Translations under genes and position numbers: made by a program
The notes under the pieces: generated by a model
Told to the model about the DNA's origin: nothing
The model's database searches: none
What the model saw: the letters and a program-made list of their open reading frames with translations, nothing else
In this document: positions 36,025 to 44,990 of the stretch, one piece after another
Layout of the letters: each line of letters starts with the position of its first letter
Numbering within the stretch: the first letter of the stretch is position 1
Assembly: GCA_002309585.1 (NCBI GenBank)
Contig: DBXN01000140.1
Span: 23,780-80,989, forward strand
Origin: Verrucomicrobia bacterium UBA1211
GTDB lineage: Bacteria; Verrucomicrobiota; Kiritimatiellia; RFP12; UBA1067
Reading direction: 5' to 3'
Length of the DNA: 57,210 nt

Positions 36025-38783
36025 CACTTCTCCACCTTCTGCAACCGGCAGGCATCGCACCGCTCCAGGATGAAAGGCGGTTTCTTCCAGCCCCGGTAAT
36101 CCGTGTTCCAGATCACGGTATTGTCCTCGAAGATGATCTCGTCTGTCGAGAGCGCATAGAGCAACGGGACATCGAATGTCTCGAACCGGTTTCCGGTGAT
36201 CGTGAAGTGGCGGTGGTAGTGCCGTTTCTGGCTATTCTGATCCCGGATCATCGGATAGGCGGAGAGAATGCCGTTGCAGAACTGGAAGACCGAGGTCAGA
36301 CAGTTGCGGAAACGGTTCCCTCGGACGGTGACCTGTTCGCATGCGCCGGATTCGTACCACCCCTGCGCGTCACCCGCGAAGAGGATGGCGGAACCGGAGA
36401 CATGGTCGAAGTCGTTGTCCTCCACCAGCACGGAACGGGGTGTGGTGAAGAGCGCGCCGCGGGCGCGGTTGTTCCGCACCACATTTCCCCGGAAGATCAC
36501 GCTCGGTTGATAATCGGCGTTCTCCACGGCATCGCCCACGCCCAACCCGTCAGGGATCGGGGCGGAGAGGGTTAGGGTGAGTTCGCGGTCATCATGTCTC
36601 ACGATGCCGGCCACTTGACATTCAGGGCCGTTCTCCAGCGTTTTGCCCCGGATGAAGCGCAGGGTGTCGCGGAGGTTGAAGACATCGAAGCCGTAGGCCT
36701 GGCCATGCATATAACGGCAACGGATCCGTCTGTTGTCCTCCACGGCGGTGATACCGAGACAGGTGGAGTGGACGTTGATGGCGTCATCCATCATCGTCTC
36801 AAAAAGGCAGTTTTCGACTGTCACCTCCCCTTTGACGTTGGAGAAATGCGAGGCGTCCGCATGGAGAGTGGTGACCCGTTTGGAGCCGGGGGGGGGAAAA
36901 CAACCCGATTGGCCGTCCAGCGCCTTGCCGGTACCGCGCCAAATGATGTTCTCGGACATCTGCGCGATGACGCCCATGCCCCATGCGGTATGGATCGCGA
37001 TATTCTCCAGAACCGTGTCTTTCGCGTGGTCGATCACGATGGCGGGATAGGGCCGGCGTTCGGGACGCAGACAGACGATGTCCCCGACTTGGGCGCCGGC
37101 CCCGACTTTTGAGAAATCATACGGACAGACCAGGGTTCCGTCCGGACGTTCCGCCTCCACCGTGCCGAAGTAGGCGACATCGCAGGAACGTTCCACGATT
37201 TCGTGCGTGCTGCCCCGGAAGAGCATACTCGAACTGACCGGTGAGGTCCACCCTTCGCCAACAGCCAAAATATGCCCATTATTGACCCAGTAGGGGAAGA
37301 GGGTTTTGTCGATGGTTCCAAGCGTCTTGCCCGCTTCAAATCCGGTGATGGTCATCTCGGAGAGGAAGGGACGGGACCAATCCATCGTCAGGTTCTTGAG
37401 GGTAACCCGATTGGCGCGGAGGATCGCCGCGCCGAGGGTCGCACCGTGGAAAATCAGATGCGCCCCGTTTCCCTGCACGGTCAAATCTGACACGTCGGAG
37501 AAGGGCAGGTTGACCGGATGGGTGGGCGACTGGTCATGGTTGGAGATGAAGAACGCCATCTCCCGTCCCATTCCCACGCCGAAGTGATAGTCGCCCTTCT
37601 CCAGCTCGATCGTGCCGCCCCCCAACCGGCGGATTGCATCGATGGCGGAGAAGAAGGCGGCGGAACAGTCGCGGCCGTCCGGAGCGATGTGAAAAACACG
37701 CTCGCTTCCCTGTTTGGGGAAGAGTGCCAATGCCCATGCCGCCAGCCGTTTCCCCAGCGCTTCCTTCTCCGGCGGATGGATGTTTCCCGACGAGCAGATG
37801 TCCGCGCATTTGACGGCTGTGACATGTGGACAACGTTCGGGAACGCGGAGCTGTGCGGCCTGGATCGCTTTCCATGCCGCATCTTTCCTGTGATCGTAAT
37901 CCGCGATCTGGATGACGGCGAACGGCAGGTCCGGATGAAGCAGATCTTTCCGCCATTGCCCGATCATGGCCGCCAGCAGGTCCGCATAGACGGCGTATTC
38001 ACCCTTGCCGGTGTTGCTTTCACCCTGATACCAGAGAACGCCGGAGACCGGATAGGTGCCGATGAGCCGGAACGCCTTTTCGTACAGGATACCGGGACGG
38101 TTCCACTTTGAGAAGTAGGCGTGGGTGGCGTCGAAATGAAGCTCCTCCTTGGGCAGGACGAAGGCCGGCTGGTTCGCCAACGCGGCGGGCATCCAACTTT
38201 GGATGATGGATGCGCCCTGGTAGACGTTGATCAAACCGATCGCGATTCCTTTTTTAGCCTGCAGGGTCCGGCCGAAGTGGTAACCGATCGCCGACCAATT
38301 GCCGGCGTCGTTTTTCGTGCAGGGGACCCATCCGTCCTCCGGGGTGTGGGGTTCCGGTTCGGGGCGTGGCAGGGAGAACGAACGCATTAAAGGAAGATCC
38401 TCATACCGCTCCTTCGCGGTGTCCGATTCTCCCAATTTGAACTGCATGTTGGATTGGCCCGCCAATAGATAGACCTCCCCGACATAGATGTCCTCAAATG
38501 TGACCGTCCGTCCGTCGAGCGTGAGGTCCAGCGTGTAGGGGCCCCCATACGGTTCAGCCGGAAGTTCAAGGGACCAGTTCCCGTTTGCTGCAACCGCCTC
38601 GGCCCGTTTCCCGTTGAACACGGCAAGGGCTTTGCCCTCACCCGTGCCGTGGATACGGATCGGTCTTCCCGCCGCGAAGACCATGTGGGAGGAGAAAATC
38701 GGGGCGGGTTTCATCTCCGCTTTCGTGCCGGTGGCGGCGAGTGAGAAAAGAATGGTCAGGATGCATGTCGCGCGTTTTGTCAT
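36024..38783 (-). CDS. Secreted fusion: sialate O-acetylesterase-like domain plus right-handed beta-helix domain (GH110-like, tentative)
   Basis: The N-terminal ~330 aa carry GEVYLLAGQSNM and WYQGESN, typical of sialate 9-O-acetylesterases. The C-terminal ~580 aa begin GGTIELEKGDYHF...FISNHDQ and continue with repeated beta-helix turns. Confidence 0.6.
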   Translation of the reverse strand: MTKRATCILTILFSLAATGTKAEMKPAPIFSSHMVFAAGRPIRIHGTGEGKALAVFNGKRAEAVAANGNWSLELPAEPYGGPYTLDLTLDGRTVTFEDIYVGEVYLLAGQSNMQFKLGESDTAKERYEDLPLMRSFSLPRPEPEPHTPEDGWVPCTKNDAGNWSAIGYHFGRTLQAKKGIAIGLINVYQGASIIQSWMPAALANQPAFVLPKEELHFDATHAYFSKWNRPGILYEKAFRLIGTYPVSGVLWYQGESNTGKGEYAVYADLLAAMIGQWRKDLLHPDLPFAVIQIADYDHRKDAAWKAIQAAQLRVPERCPHVTAVKCADICSSGNIHPPEKEALGKRLAAWALALFPKQGSERVFHIAPDGRDCSAAFFSAIDAIRRLGGGTIELEKGDYHFGVGMGREMAFFISNHDQSPTHPVNLPFSDVSDLTVQGNGAHLIFHGATLGAAILRANRVTLKNLTMDWSRPFLSEMTITGFEAGKTLGTIDKTLFPYWVNNGHILAVGEGWTSPVSSSMLFRGSTHEIVERSCDVAYFGTVEAERPDGTLVCPYDFSKVGAGAQVGDIVCLRPERRPYPAIVIDHAKDTVLENIAIHTAWGMGVIAQMSENIIWRGTGKALDGQSGCFPPPGSKRVTTLHADASHFSNVKGEVTVENCLFETMMDDAINVHSTCLGITAVEDNRRIRCRYMHGQAYGFDVFNLRDTLRFIRGKTLENGPECQVAGIVRHDDRELTLTLSAPIPDGLGVGDAVENADYQPSVIFRGNVVRNNRARGALFTTPRSVLVEDNDFDHVSGSAILFAGDAQGWYESGACEQVTVRGNRFRNCLTSVFQFCNGILSAYPMIRDQNSQKRHYHRHFTITGNRFETFDVPLLYALSTDEIIFEDNTVIWNTDYRGWKKPPFILERCDACRLQKVEK

Positions 38784-38901
38784 CGTCTCTGTCCTTTGCG
38801 GATTGCCAAAAGAATCGGTTATTAGTTTAAGGGAATCGGATAGGGTTGACGAGTCAAAATGGATGAGGAGCCTTCAACCGAAAAGTTGCGGATACGACCC
38901 G

Positions 38902-38930
38902 TTGCGTGGCGGGGTGGGGTGTGGTAAACT
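38902..38930 (+). promoter_or_regulatory. Candidate sigma70-type promoter for the APE-like operon
   Basis: TTGCGT (38902-38907), 17 nt spacer, TAAACT (38925-38930), about 40 nt before the start at 38972. Pattern match only. Confidence 0.3.
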
Positions 38931-38971
38931 ATCTTTGTTCGTGAGAGGATGGCGTTGCGGGACGGGATGGT

Positions 38972-40312
38972 GTGATGGCGAGTGAGGAAGAGAGCAGACG
39001 GGTAACGGAGTTTCAGACATCCGGCAGCACGGGTGTGCCTAAACGGATCGTCAAGACGGAGGCTTCGCTGGAGGCGGATGCCGCGTGTTTGGCGCGGACG
39101 TTTTCAGCATGGCTGAAGGCGCGTCCGACGGTCGTCTCAACCGTCCAGCCCCATCACATGTACGGCCAGCTCTGGCGGATTCGCATGCCCCAAGCCGCGG
39201 GATATCCGGTGGATCCCGCGATCGTCCTCTCTCCCGATGAGCTGCTGGCGCGGGTCGCGCGCTGTCCGGCGGTTCTCTTCGTAACGACGCCTTCCTTCCT
39301 TGAGAAGCTGGTTGACGATCCGATCGTCCGCGCGTTGCCCCGCCGGTTCGCCGGTGTGGTTACGTCCGGAAGCCTGTTGCGGCAACCGCTTTCCGCCCGC
39401 GTCGAAGCGCTGATGGGCGTCTCGCCGATCGAGATATTCGGAAGTACGGAGACGGGCAGCGTGGCCTGGCGCCAACAGTGTGACGGCGCGGCCTGGAGGG
39501 TTTTTGACGGGGTGGAGATCGCGGCTGAGCCGGATGGGAGGCTTCGGGTCGATTCCCCGTTCTGCGTGACGCGCCCCTTTGTGATGAGCGATGGCGTGAC
39601 GCTCCTTTCGCCCCGTTCCTTTCTGCTGGAGGGACGGCGGGACCGGTGCGTGAAGATCTTGGAAAGGATGGTCGCCTTGCCGCAGGTGGAGGCGGCGTTG
39701 CAGACCCATCCCTACATCGATTCGGCCCACGCGGTCGCGTCAGATACGGCGGTGCCGCGCATCTGGGTCTTGGCGACGTTGACCGATGCGGGAAAGGCGG
39801 CGTTGAAGGCATCGACCTATCATGATGTCATCCGCACCCTTTCCCTCGCGATGGGGGAATCCCTGCCGCCGCAGGCGGTTTTCCGCCGCATCCGGTTTGT
39901 CTCATCGCTTCCCTACAATCCTCAAGGAAAACTCACGCTTGAGCGGGTGCTTCCCCTGTTGAAATCCCCGCTTCAGGAACCGGTGGCGGAGGATTGGCGG
40001 TTCGATGGCGAGCGGTTGACCGCCAGTCTGACCTTCATTCCGGATGCCGTCTACTTCCAGGGGCATTTTCCCGGATTTGCGGTCCTGCCGGGTGTGGCGC
40101 AACTCTTCTTCATCCAGCGGTTTCTGGAGCACACCTTTCGGGTGTCGCCGTTTCCCGGCCGGTTGACGCGGTTGAAGTTTCTGAAACCGATCCTTCCGCG
40201 CCGGACGGTCCATTTTGAGCTCGAACGGCTATCCGGGGATCGCTTCTCCTTCCGTTTGTCAGACGGGCAGACGGCTTGCACATCGGGGGTGTTTGAATGC
40301 GGAACACCCTGA
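38972..40312 (+). CDS. Fusion of an N-terminally short adenylate-forming domain with a FabA/FabZ-type hot-dog dehydratase (ApeH+ApeI-like)
   Basis: Adenylation motifs TSGSTGVPK (residues 16-24), FGSTETG, GRRDRCVKI, PYNPQGKL. The C-terminal ~120 aa carry YFQGHFPGFAVLPGV (dehydratase His motif). Confidence 0.65.
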   Translation: MMASEEESRRVTEFQTSGSTGVPKRIVKTEASLEADAACLARTFSAWLKARPTVVSTVQPHHMYGQLWRIRMPQAAGYPVDPAIVLSPDELLARVARCPAVLFVTTPSFLEKLVDDPIVRALPRRFAGVVTSGSLLRQPLSARVEALMGVSPIEIFGSTETGSVAWRQQCDGAAWRVFDGVEIAAEPDGRLRVDSPFCVTRPFVMSDGVTLLSPRSFLLEGRRDRCVKILERMVALPQVEAALQTHPYIDSAHAVASDTAVPRIWVLATLTDAGKAALKASTYHDVIRTLSLAMGESLPPQAVFRRIRFVSSLPYNPQGKLTLERVLPLLKSPLQEPVAEDWRFDGERLTASLTFIPDAVYFQGHFPGFAVLPGVAQLFFIQRFLEHTFRVSPFPGRLTRLKFLKPILPRRTVHFELERLSGDRFSFRLSDGQTACTSGVFECGTP

Positions 40313-40992
40313 AGCCGGTTTGGATTGTCCCGGTCTATCGCCACGTTGAGCCGGTCCGGGAGGTGATCGCGCGCCTCCGGGAGACGCCGTATCCCGTGGT
40401 GGCGGTGGATGACGGAAACGACGTGCCGTTGGCCCTGCCGGATGTGACGGTGCTTCGTCATGCGCGGAATATGGGGAAAGGTGCGGCGATCGCGACGGCT
40501 CTGCGCTGGGCGGAGGGAGAGGGGTATACCCATGCGATCCAGATCGACGCGGATGGCCAGCATCGGATCGCGGACGCCTTGACGCTGGTGGAGAGGGCGG
40601 AGAAGGAACCCGAGGCGTTGATTTCGGGATTCCCCGTGTATGACGCGACGGTTCCCGCCGCGCGGGCGTCGGGACGGAAGGTGACCCGTTTTTTTCTCTG
40701 GCTGGAGACCGGTGTCCGCGATGAGGACGGTTTGTGCGGGTGTCGGGTTTATCCTGCGGCGCGTTCCGTGGCGCTTCTTCCGCTGCTCCGGTGCCGGCGG
40801 ATGGGGTTTGACGCCGAGATCGTTGTCCGCTGGCTTTGGAACGGCTGGCCGTTGCGTTCCCAACCGGTTCATGTGACCTATCCCGAGAATGGTGTTTCCA
40901 ACTTCCGGATGATTCGTGATAATATCGCTTTCTTCATGTTGCACGCCCGGCTCTGTTTCCTGCGGTTGTTCCGATGCTATAAACGGTGCTGA
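40297..40992 (+). CDS. Family 2 glycosyltransferase (ApeJ-like)
   Basis: Short GT-A protein: VPVYRH, VVAVDDGNDVP, IQIDADGQH (DxD). Overlaps the previous gene by 16 nt. Confidence 0.65.
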   Translation: MRNTLKPVWIVPVYRHVEPVREVIARLRETPYPVVAVDDGNDVPLALPDVTVLRHARNMGKGAAIATALRWAEGEGYTHAIQIDADGQHRIADALTLVERAEKEPEALISGFPVYDATVPAARASGRKVTRFFLWLETGVRDEDGLCGCRVYPAARSVALLPLLRCRRMGFDAEIVVRWLWNGWPLRSQPVHVTYPENGVSNFRMIRDNIAFFMLHARLCFLRLFRCYKRC

Positions 40993-41033
40993 AGGTGGGG
41001 GATGTGGATATGGACGGAGAGAGAGGAGAGAGA

Positions 41034-41450
41034 ATGGGTACGACCTATCGGCATTCGATCAAAATCCCGTTTTACGATGTGGATTCCATGCGGATCGTTT
41101 GGCATGGGCACTATGTGAAATATTTCGAAGAGGCGCGGTGCGGGTTCTTTGAACACCTCGGCATGACTTATGACGAGATGGAGCGGGCGGGATTTCTGAT
41201 TCCCGTGATCGGGCTGACGATCAAGTATGTACGGCCATGCGTCTTCGGGCAGACGATCTGGATCGATGTGACCGCCGACGAGACGAACGACAACCTGCTG
41301 GTTCTCTCCTATCTAGTCCGGGATGCCGCGACGGGCGAACGGATGTGTAAGGGAAGTACCCGTCACGCCGCCGTGAACCGCGATACGCGCGAACTGCTTT
41401 TTGAGTTGCCCGCTGAGTTTTTGCGGCGGATGAGGGGAGGTAAGGCATGA
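41034..41450 (+). CDS. 4HBT/YbgC-type acyl-CoA or acyl-ACP thioesterase (ApeK-like)
   Basis: YRHSIKIPFYDVDSMRIVWHGHYVKYFEEAR is the hot-dog thioesterase signature with a catalytic Asp. GGAGAG RBS before the ATG at 41034. Confidence 0.7.
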   Translation: MGTTYRHSIKIPFYDVDSMRIVWHGHYVKYFEEARCGFFEHLGMTYDEMERAGFLIPVIGLTIKYVRPCVFGQTIWIDVTADETNDNLLVLSYLVRDAATGERMCKGSTRHAAVNRDTRELLFELPAEFLRRMRGGKA

Positions 41451-42034
41451 GAAAATGGATTTGGCTGATGGTTGCGGCCTCTCTGGCGCTGACGCTGCGG
41501 GCGAAAGAACCGCCCGCCCGTTTCGTGTCGGCGGTGAGGCGCGCGTTGGATGCCGATGCGGAATGGACGATGGCGAAGACCACGGTCTCGCCGGCATTGA
41601 CGGTTGAATCGTCCGGGGTCGTCTCCTGTTTCGCGGGACGGGGAATCGTCTGGCAGATGCGCGAGCCGTTTATGCATGAGTATCGGATGACGACCAACAC
41701 GCTGGCGATCGTCTCGGAGCTCGGCACGGAGACGAAGGGGTTAAAGGATTTGCCGTATTACGCCTCGATCCGTCAGCAGACCGATCGCCTTCTGGCGGGA
41801 GAGACGGCGCCGTTCTCGGATGCCTTCAACTGGACGTGGGAAGAGGTCGGTACGGGATGGACGATGCGGCTTCTCCCGAAGCGGCGTCAATTTTCCCGAT
41901 GGGTCAAGCAGGTGACGATCTGGGGCGGAGAGGCCATCGACCGCACGGCGATTGTTTACGCGAGCGGCGATCAGGCGGATATCCGGTTCAAGGAAACGGG
42001 ACAGAAGCTGCACAAGCTATGGGAAACAGAGTGA
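41447..42034 (+). CDS. LolA-like periplasmic lipid or lipoprotein carrier (ApeL-like)
   Basis: Signal peptide, ~190 aa, beta-rich. Its position between the thioesterase and the MMPL exporter matches APE clusters. ATGA overlap with the previous gene. Direct sequence recognition is weak. Confidence 0.5.
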   Translation: MRKWIWLMVAASLALTLRAKEPPARFVSAVRRALDADAEWTMAKTTVSPALTVESSGVVSCFAGRGIVWQMREPFMHEYRMTTNTLAIVSELGTETKGLKDLPYYASIRQQTDRLLAGETAPFSDAFNWTWEEVGTGWTMRLLPKRRQFSRWVKQVTIWGGEAIDRTAIVYASGDQADIRFKETGQKLHKLWETE

Positions 42035-42050
42035 GGCGGGCGCGCATCGG

Positions 42051-44990
42051 ATGAAGAACGGACGGACAATCGGGCGTATCCTCTTCCTGCTGCTGTTGGC
42101 GGTGGGGGCGGGATTGCTGTTTTTTTGCTTCCCGCCAGCCATTGAAACCTCGTTGTTCGCGTTGATCGGGGAAAAGGATCTCAACGTGCCCGAGGCCATC
42201 CGGAACCGGAGCGCGACCCAGCTTCAGGTTCTTTTTTCCGCGCCGGATTTTGACCGGGCGCGGGCGGTGGCGGACCGGTTCCATGAAGCGCTGGACCGCT
42301 CGGATTTCGAATCAATCCGTTTCAAAACAGATGGCGACGAACTTCGGACCTATCTTGATTTCTACCGCAGTCACGCCGGGGGATTGGTGAGTGATGATGA
42401 CCGCAAGACGCTTCAGGCGGGGGAGGGAAAGCGGCTGGCGCTGCGGACGCTGCACCGTCTCTACGGTTCGCCCGCGCCCGCCCTTTTCCCGCTGGACGCC
42501 GATCCGTTCGGCGTGTTGGGCGGGTTCGCCGCATCCCTTCCGCTATCCTTCTCCGGATGGCAGCCGGACGAGGGTTATCTGACGGCGGAAAGGGATGGGT
42601 GCGTCCATCTGCTGATGGCGTTGACTCTGGCGGAGAAACGGGCGACGGATCTGGCCTGGCTCCCGCAGATGGTCGCACGGCTTCACGCCCTTCGCGATGC
42701 GCTCGCCGCGCCCGATGTGACGATTCGGTTCTGCGGGGTCCCGTTCCATACCGTTGAGGTTTCCGAACGTTGCCGGAAAGACATCCAGATTCTTTCCGCC
42801 TTTTCCATTGTCTTCATCCTGTGTGTGGCATGGATCGCATTCCGTTCCTTCCGATTCCTCCCGCTCTTTCTCTTCTCCCTCACGCTCTCCACATTGGGCG
42901 GATTGATTGCGCTGGGCGCGGTTTTCCGCACGATCCATCTGTTGGCATGCGTATTCGGAACCACGCTGCTCGGTTTGACGATCGATTACTCCTTCCATTG
43001 GCTGCTCGCCGCGCGCGGGACGGAACCGGTCGCGTCCGGCAAAATCACGCGAAATCTCTTCGCCTCCTATCTGACCACTGAGGTGACCTTCCTTCCGCTG
43101 GCCTTTTCCGGCTTGCCCGTGTTGGCCCAGATCGCGATTCTGATGGGAGCGGGATTGACCGTCGCCTTGATCACGATCCTGCTCTTCTATCCGGAACCGC
43201 AACCGATACCCGCATCGACTCCGGCGCATCTTCCGAATCTGCGGTGGCTGTTGCTGCCCTTGGCCATCCTGATCGTTTGGGGGTTTTTGAAAGTCCGTTT
43301 CCAGACACCCGTCGGGGAGTTGCACCAACCCTCGCCCGCGCTGATGGAGGCGGAACAGCTGTTCCGAACCCTGAGTGGCAGTGATGATACCGGCAAGGGG
43401 CTGCTGCTGGTGCGGGGCGGGACATTGGAGGAGGTTTTGGAACGCGAGGAGTCGATTCCCTTGCCGCCCGGTCTCCCGCGTCTTTCCCGTTTCCTTCCCT
43501 CCCGGTCGCGGCGGATCGCGGATGATGCGCTGGTCCAGCGCCTTTACCGTGAAGAGGGTGGCGATCTGGCGCGGAAACTGAAACTCGATAAGCCCCTTAT
43601 CCCGCCCTCGGCACCCGAGGATTGGAATCTCCAGACCCTGCCCCGGGCGTGGACCTCCGCTTTCCTCTATCCCTATGAGGGCGGTTTCTATTCCCTGATT
43701 CCGCAGGCCGATTCCCAAACGGTTCTGCCGCAGGGGGTCACCTTCTATGCGCCGCGCCAGATACTCTCCGACCTAATGGCGCGGTATGAGCGGTTGACCC
43801 GAAAATTCCTGTTGGTCACCGCCGTGGCGTTACTGGTCGTTTTGGGCGCGCTCTTCCGTCGGCGGATGCCCGTGATCGTATTGCCCTCCTTGGGCGCGAC
43901 GCTCGCAGTCTTCGCGGGCATCGCCCTTTCCGGACAATCCGTCAACCTCTTCCACCTCCTGGCCTGTTTCATGGTGATCGGGATGAGCTTGGATTACACC
44001 ATCTTTCTCGCTTCCGGTTTCCATCATGCCTTGAAATCGGTTTTCTGTTCCCTTCTGACCAGTTTGGCGGGTTTCGGCGCGTTGGCCTGCGTGGCTTTCC
44101 CGCTGGTCCGTTCGATCGGGCAGGCGTTGGGGATCGGGCTGTCGGTCTCCTTCCTGATCGCCTACGCGATGCTGCGTCCCGCGCCGGAACAGGTGGAACA
44201 GGGCGCGTCCCCGCTCGGGCTGACCCTCGCCTGGTGGGTCTACAGGCTCTTCGGTAAACGGGTGCTGGACGGATTGGGGGGGATGATCGCCGGATGTGTC
44301 TGGCTGACGAATCGCAAGGTACGATATGAGGCGAAGTCTCTGCCCCGCCTCCGTCTTTTCACGCAGGGGATGATCGACAAACTGGTGGTGATGGCCGACG
44401 GAAAGGATCAGCCGGTCGTTGAATTGGCGGGGGGGACGGGCGACGGCATCCGATTCTGTCAGGCGGTCGAGGCGAAGCGGGGCGTCTTCGTGATCTCTTC
44501 CCATCTGGGGACGGTTGAGGTGCTGCCCGCCCTGGCGCGATGCCCGGCGCATGTCCACGCCTTCATGAAGGTGGAGCAGACCGAGGTCTTCAATGCGTTC
44601 TACGCCTGCCGCGCCCATCGGCCGGAGGTCTCCATCCATCCGCTTGAGACCTTCGGGATCGGTGAGGTGTTCACCATCGGCGATTGGCTTGATCACGGCG
44701 ATTGCGTCCTGATGGCGGGGGATCGCGGCTACGGCAAATCGCGGAAACGGACCTTCCTCTCGCACGAGGCGGATTTCCCTGAAGGGGTGTTCCGGCTGGC
44801 GAAGGCGCTGGAGCATCCGGTCTTCTTCGTGGTGTGTGTCCGGGATGCGCCGAACCACTATCGGGTGGAGGTGCAGGAAGCGGAGGGCGGTGCCGACCTG
44901 CTTGACCAGTATATCGCTTTTCTGGAGCCGCTGGTGCGGCGTTATCGGGAACAATGGTTTAACTGGAGTGTGCCATGCGAGTCGGATTGA
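42051..44990 (+). CDS. MMPL/RND-type exporter fused to a C-terminal LPLAT (LpxL/HtrB-like) acyltransferase domain (ApeM plus acyltransferase)
   Basis: Two 6-TM bundles separated by soluble loops, as in COG4258-type exporters. From about nt 44200 there is a soluble domain with SSHLGTVEV and MAGDRGYG, resembling lysophospholipid/lipid A acyltransferases. Start trimmed to the ATG at 42051. Confidence 0.65.
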   Translation: MKNGRTIGRILFLLLLAVGAGLLFFCFPPAIETSLFALIGEKDLNVPEAIRNRSATQLQVLFSAPDFDRARAVADRFHEALDRSDFESIRFKTDGDELRTYLDFYRSHAGGLVSDDDRKTLQAGEGKRLALRTLHRLYGSPAPALFPLDADPFGVLGGFAASLPLSFSGWQPDEGYLTAERDGCVHLLMALTLAEKRATDLAWLPQMVARLHALRDALAAPDVTIRFCGVPFHTVEVSERCRKDIQILSAFSIVFILCVAWIAFRSFRFLPLFLFSLTLSTLGGLIALGAVFRTIHLLACVFGTTLLGLTIDYSFHWLLAARGTEPVASGKITRNLFASYLTTEVTFLPLAFSGLPVLAQIAILMGAGLTVALITILLFYPEPQPIPASTPAHLPNLRWLLLPLAILIVWGFLKVRFQTPVGELHQPSPALMEAEQLFRTLSGSDDTGKGLLLVRGGTLEEVLEREESIPLPPGLPRLSRFLPSRSRRIADDALVQRLYREEGGDLARKLKLDKPLIPPSAPEDWNLQTLPRAWTSAFLYPYEGGFYSLIPQADSQTVLPQGVTFYAPRQILSDLMARYERLTRKFLLVTAVALLVVLGALFRRRMPVIVLPSLGATLAVFAGIALSGQSVNLFHLLACFMVIGMSLDYTIFLASGFHHALKSVFCSLLTSLAGFGALACVAFPLVRSIGQALGIGLSVSFLIAYAMLRPAPEQVEQGASPLGLTLAWWVYRLFGKRVLDGLGGMIAGCVWLTNRKVRYEAKSLPRLRLFTQGMIDKLVVMADGKDQPVVELAGGTGDGIRFCQAVEAKRGVFVISSHLGTVEVLPALARCPAHVHAFMKVEQTEVFNAFYACRAHRPEVSIHPLETFGIGEVFTIGDWLDHGDCVLMAGDRGYGKSRKRTFLSHEADFPEGVFRLAKALEHPVFFVVCVRDAPNHYRVEVQEAEGGADLLDQYIAFLEPLVRRYREQWFNWSVPCESD

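Noticed and set aside
38784-38971. A search for an acyl carrier protein gene next to the APE-like operon
   Set aside because: The upstream spacer is ~190 nt with no ORF of ACP size, and no DSL/DSxxxxE motif appears in any frame that I could read. Downstream, the next gene is the DUF4159 protein. I therefore conclude that ACP is absent locally; I did not miss a small gene.
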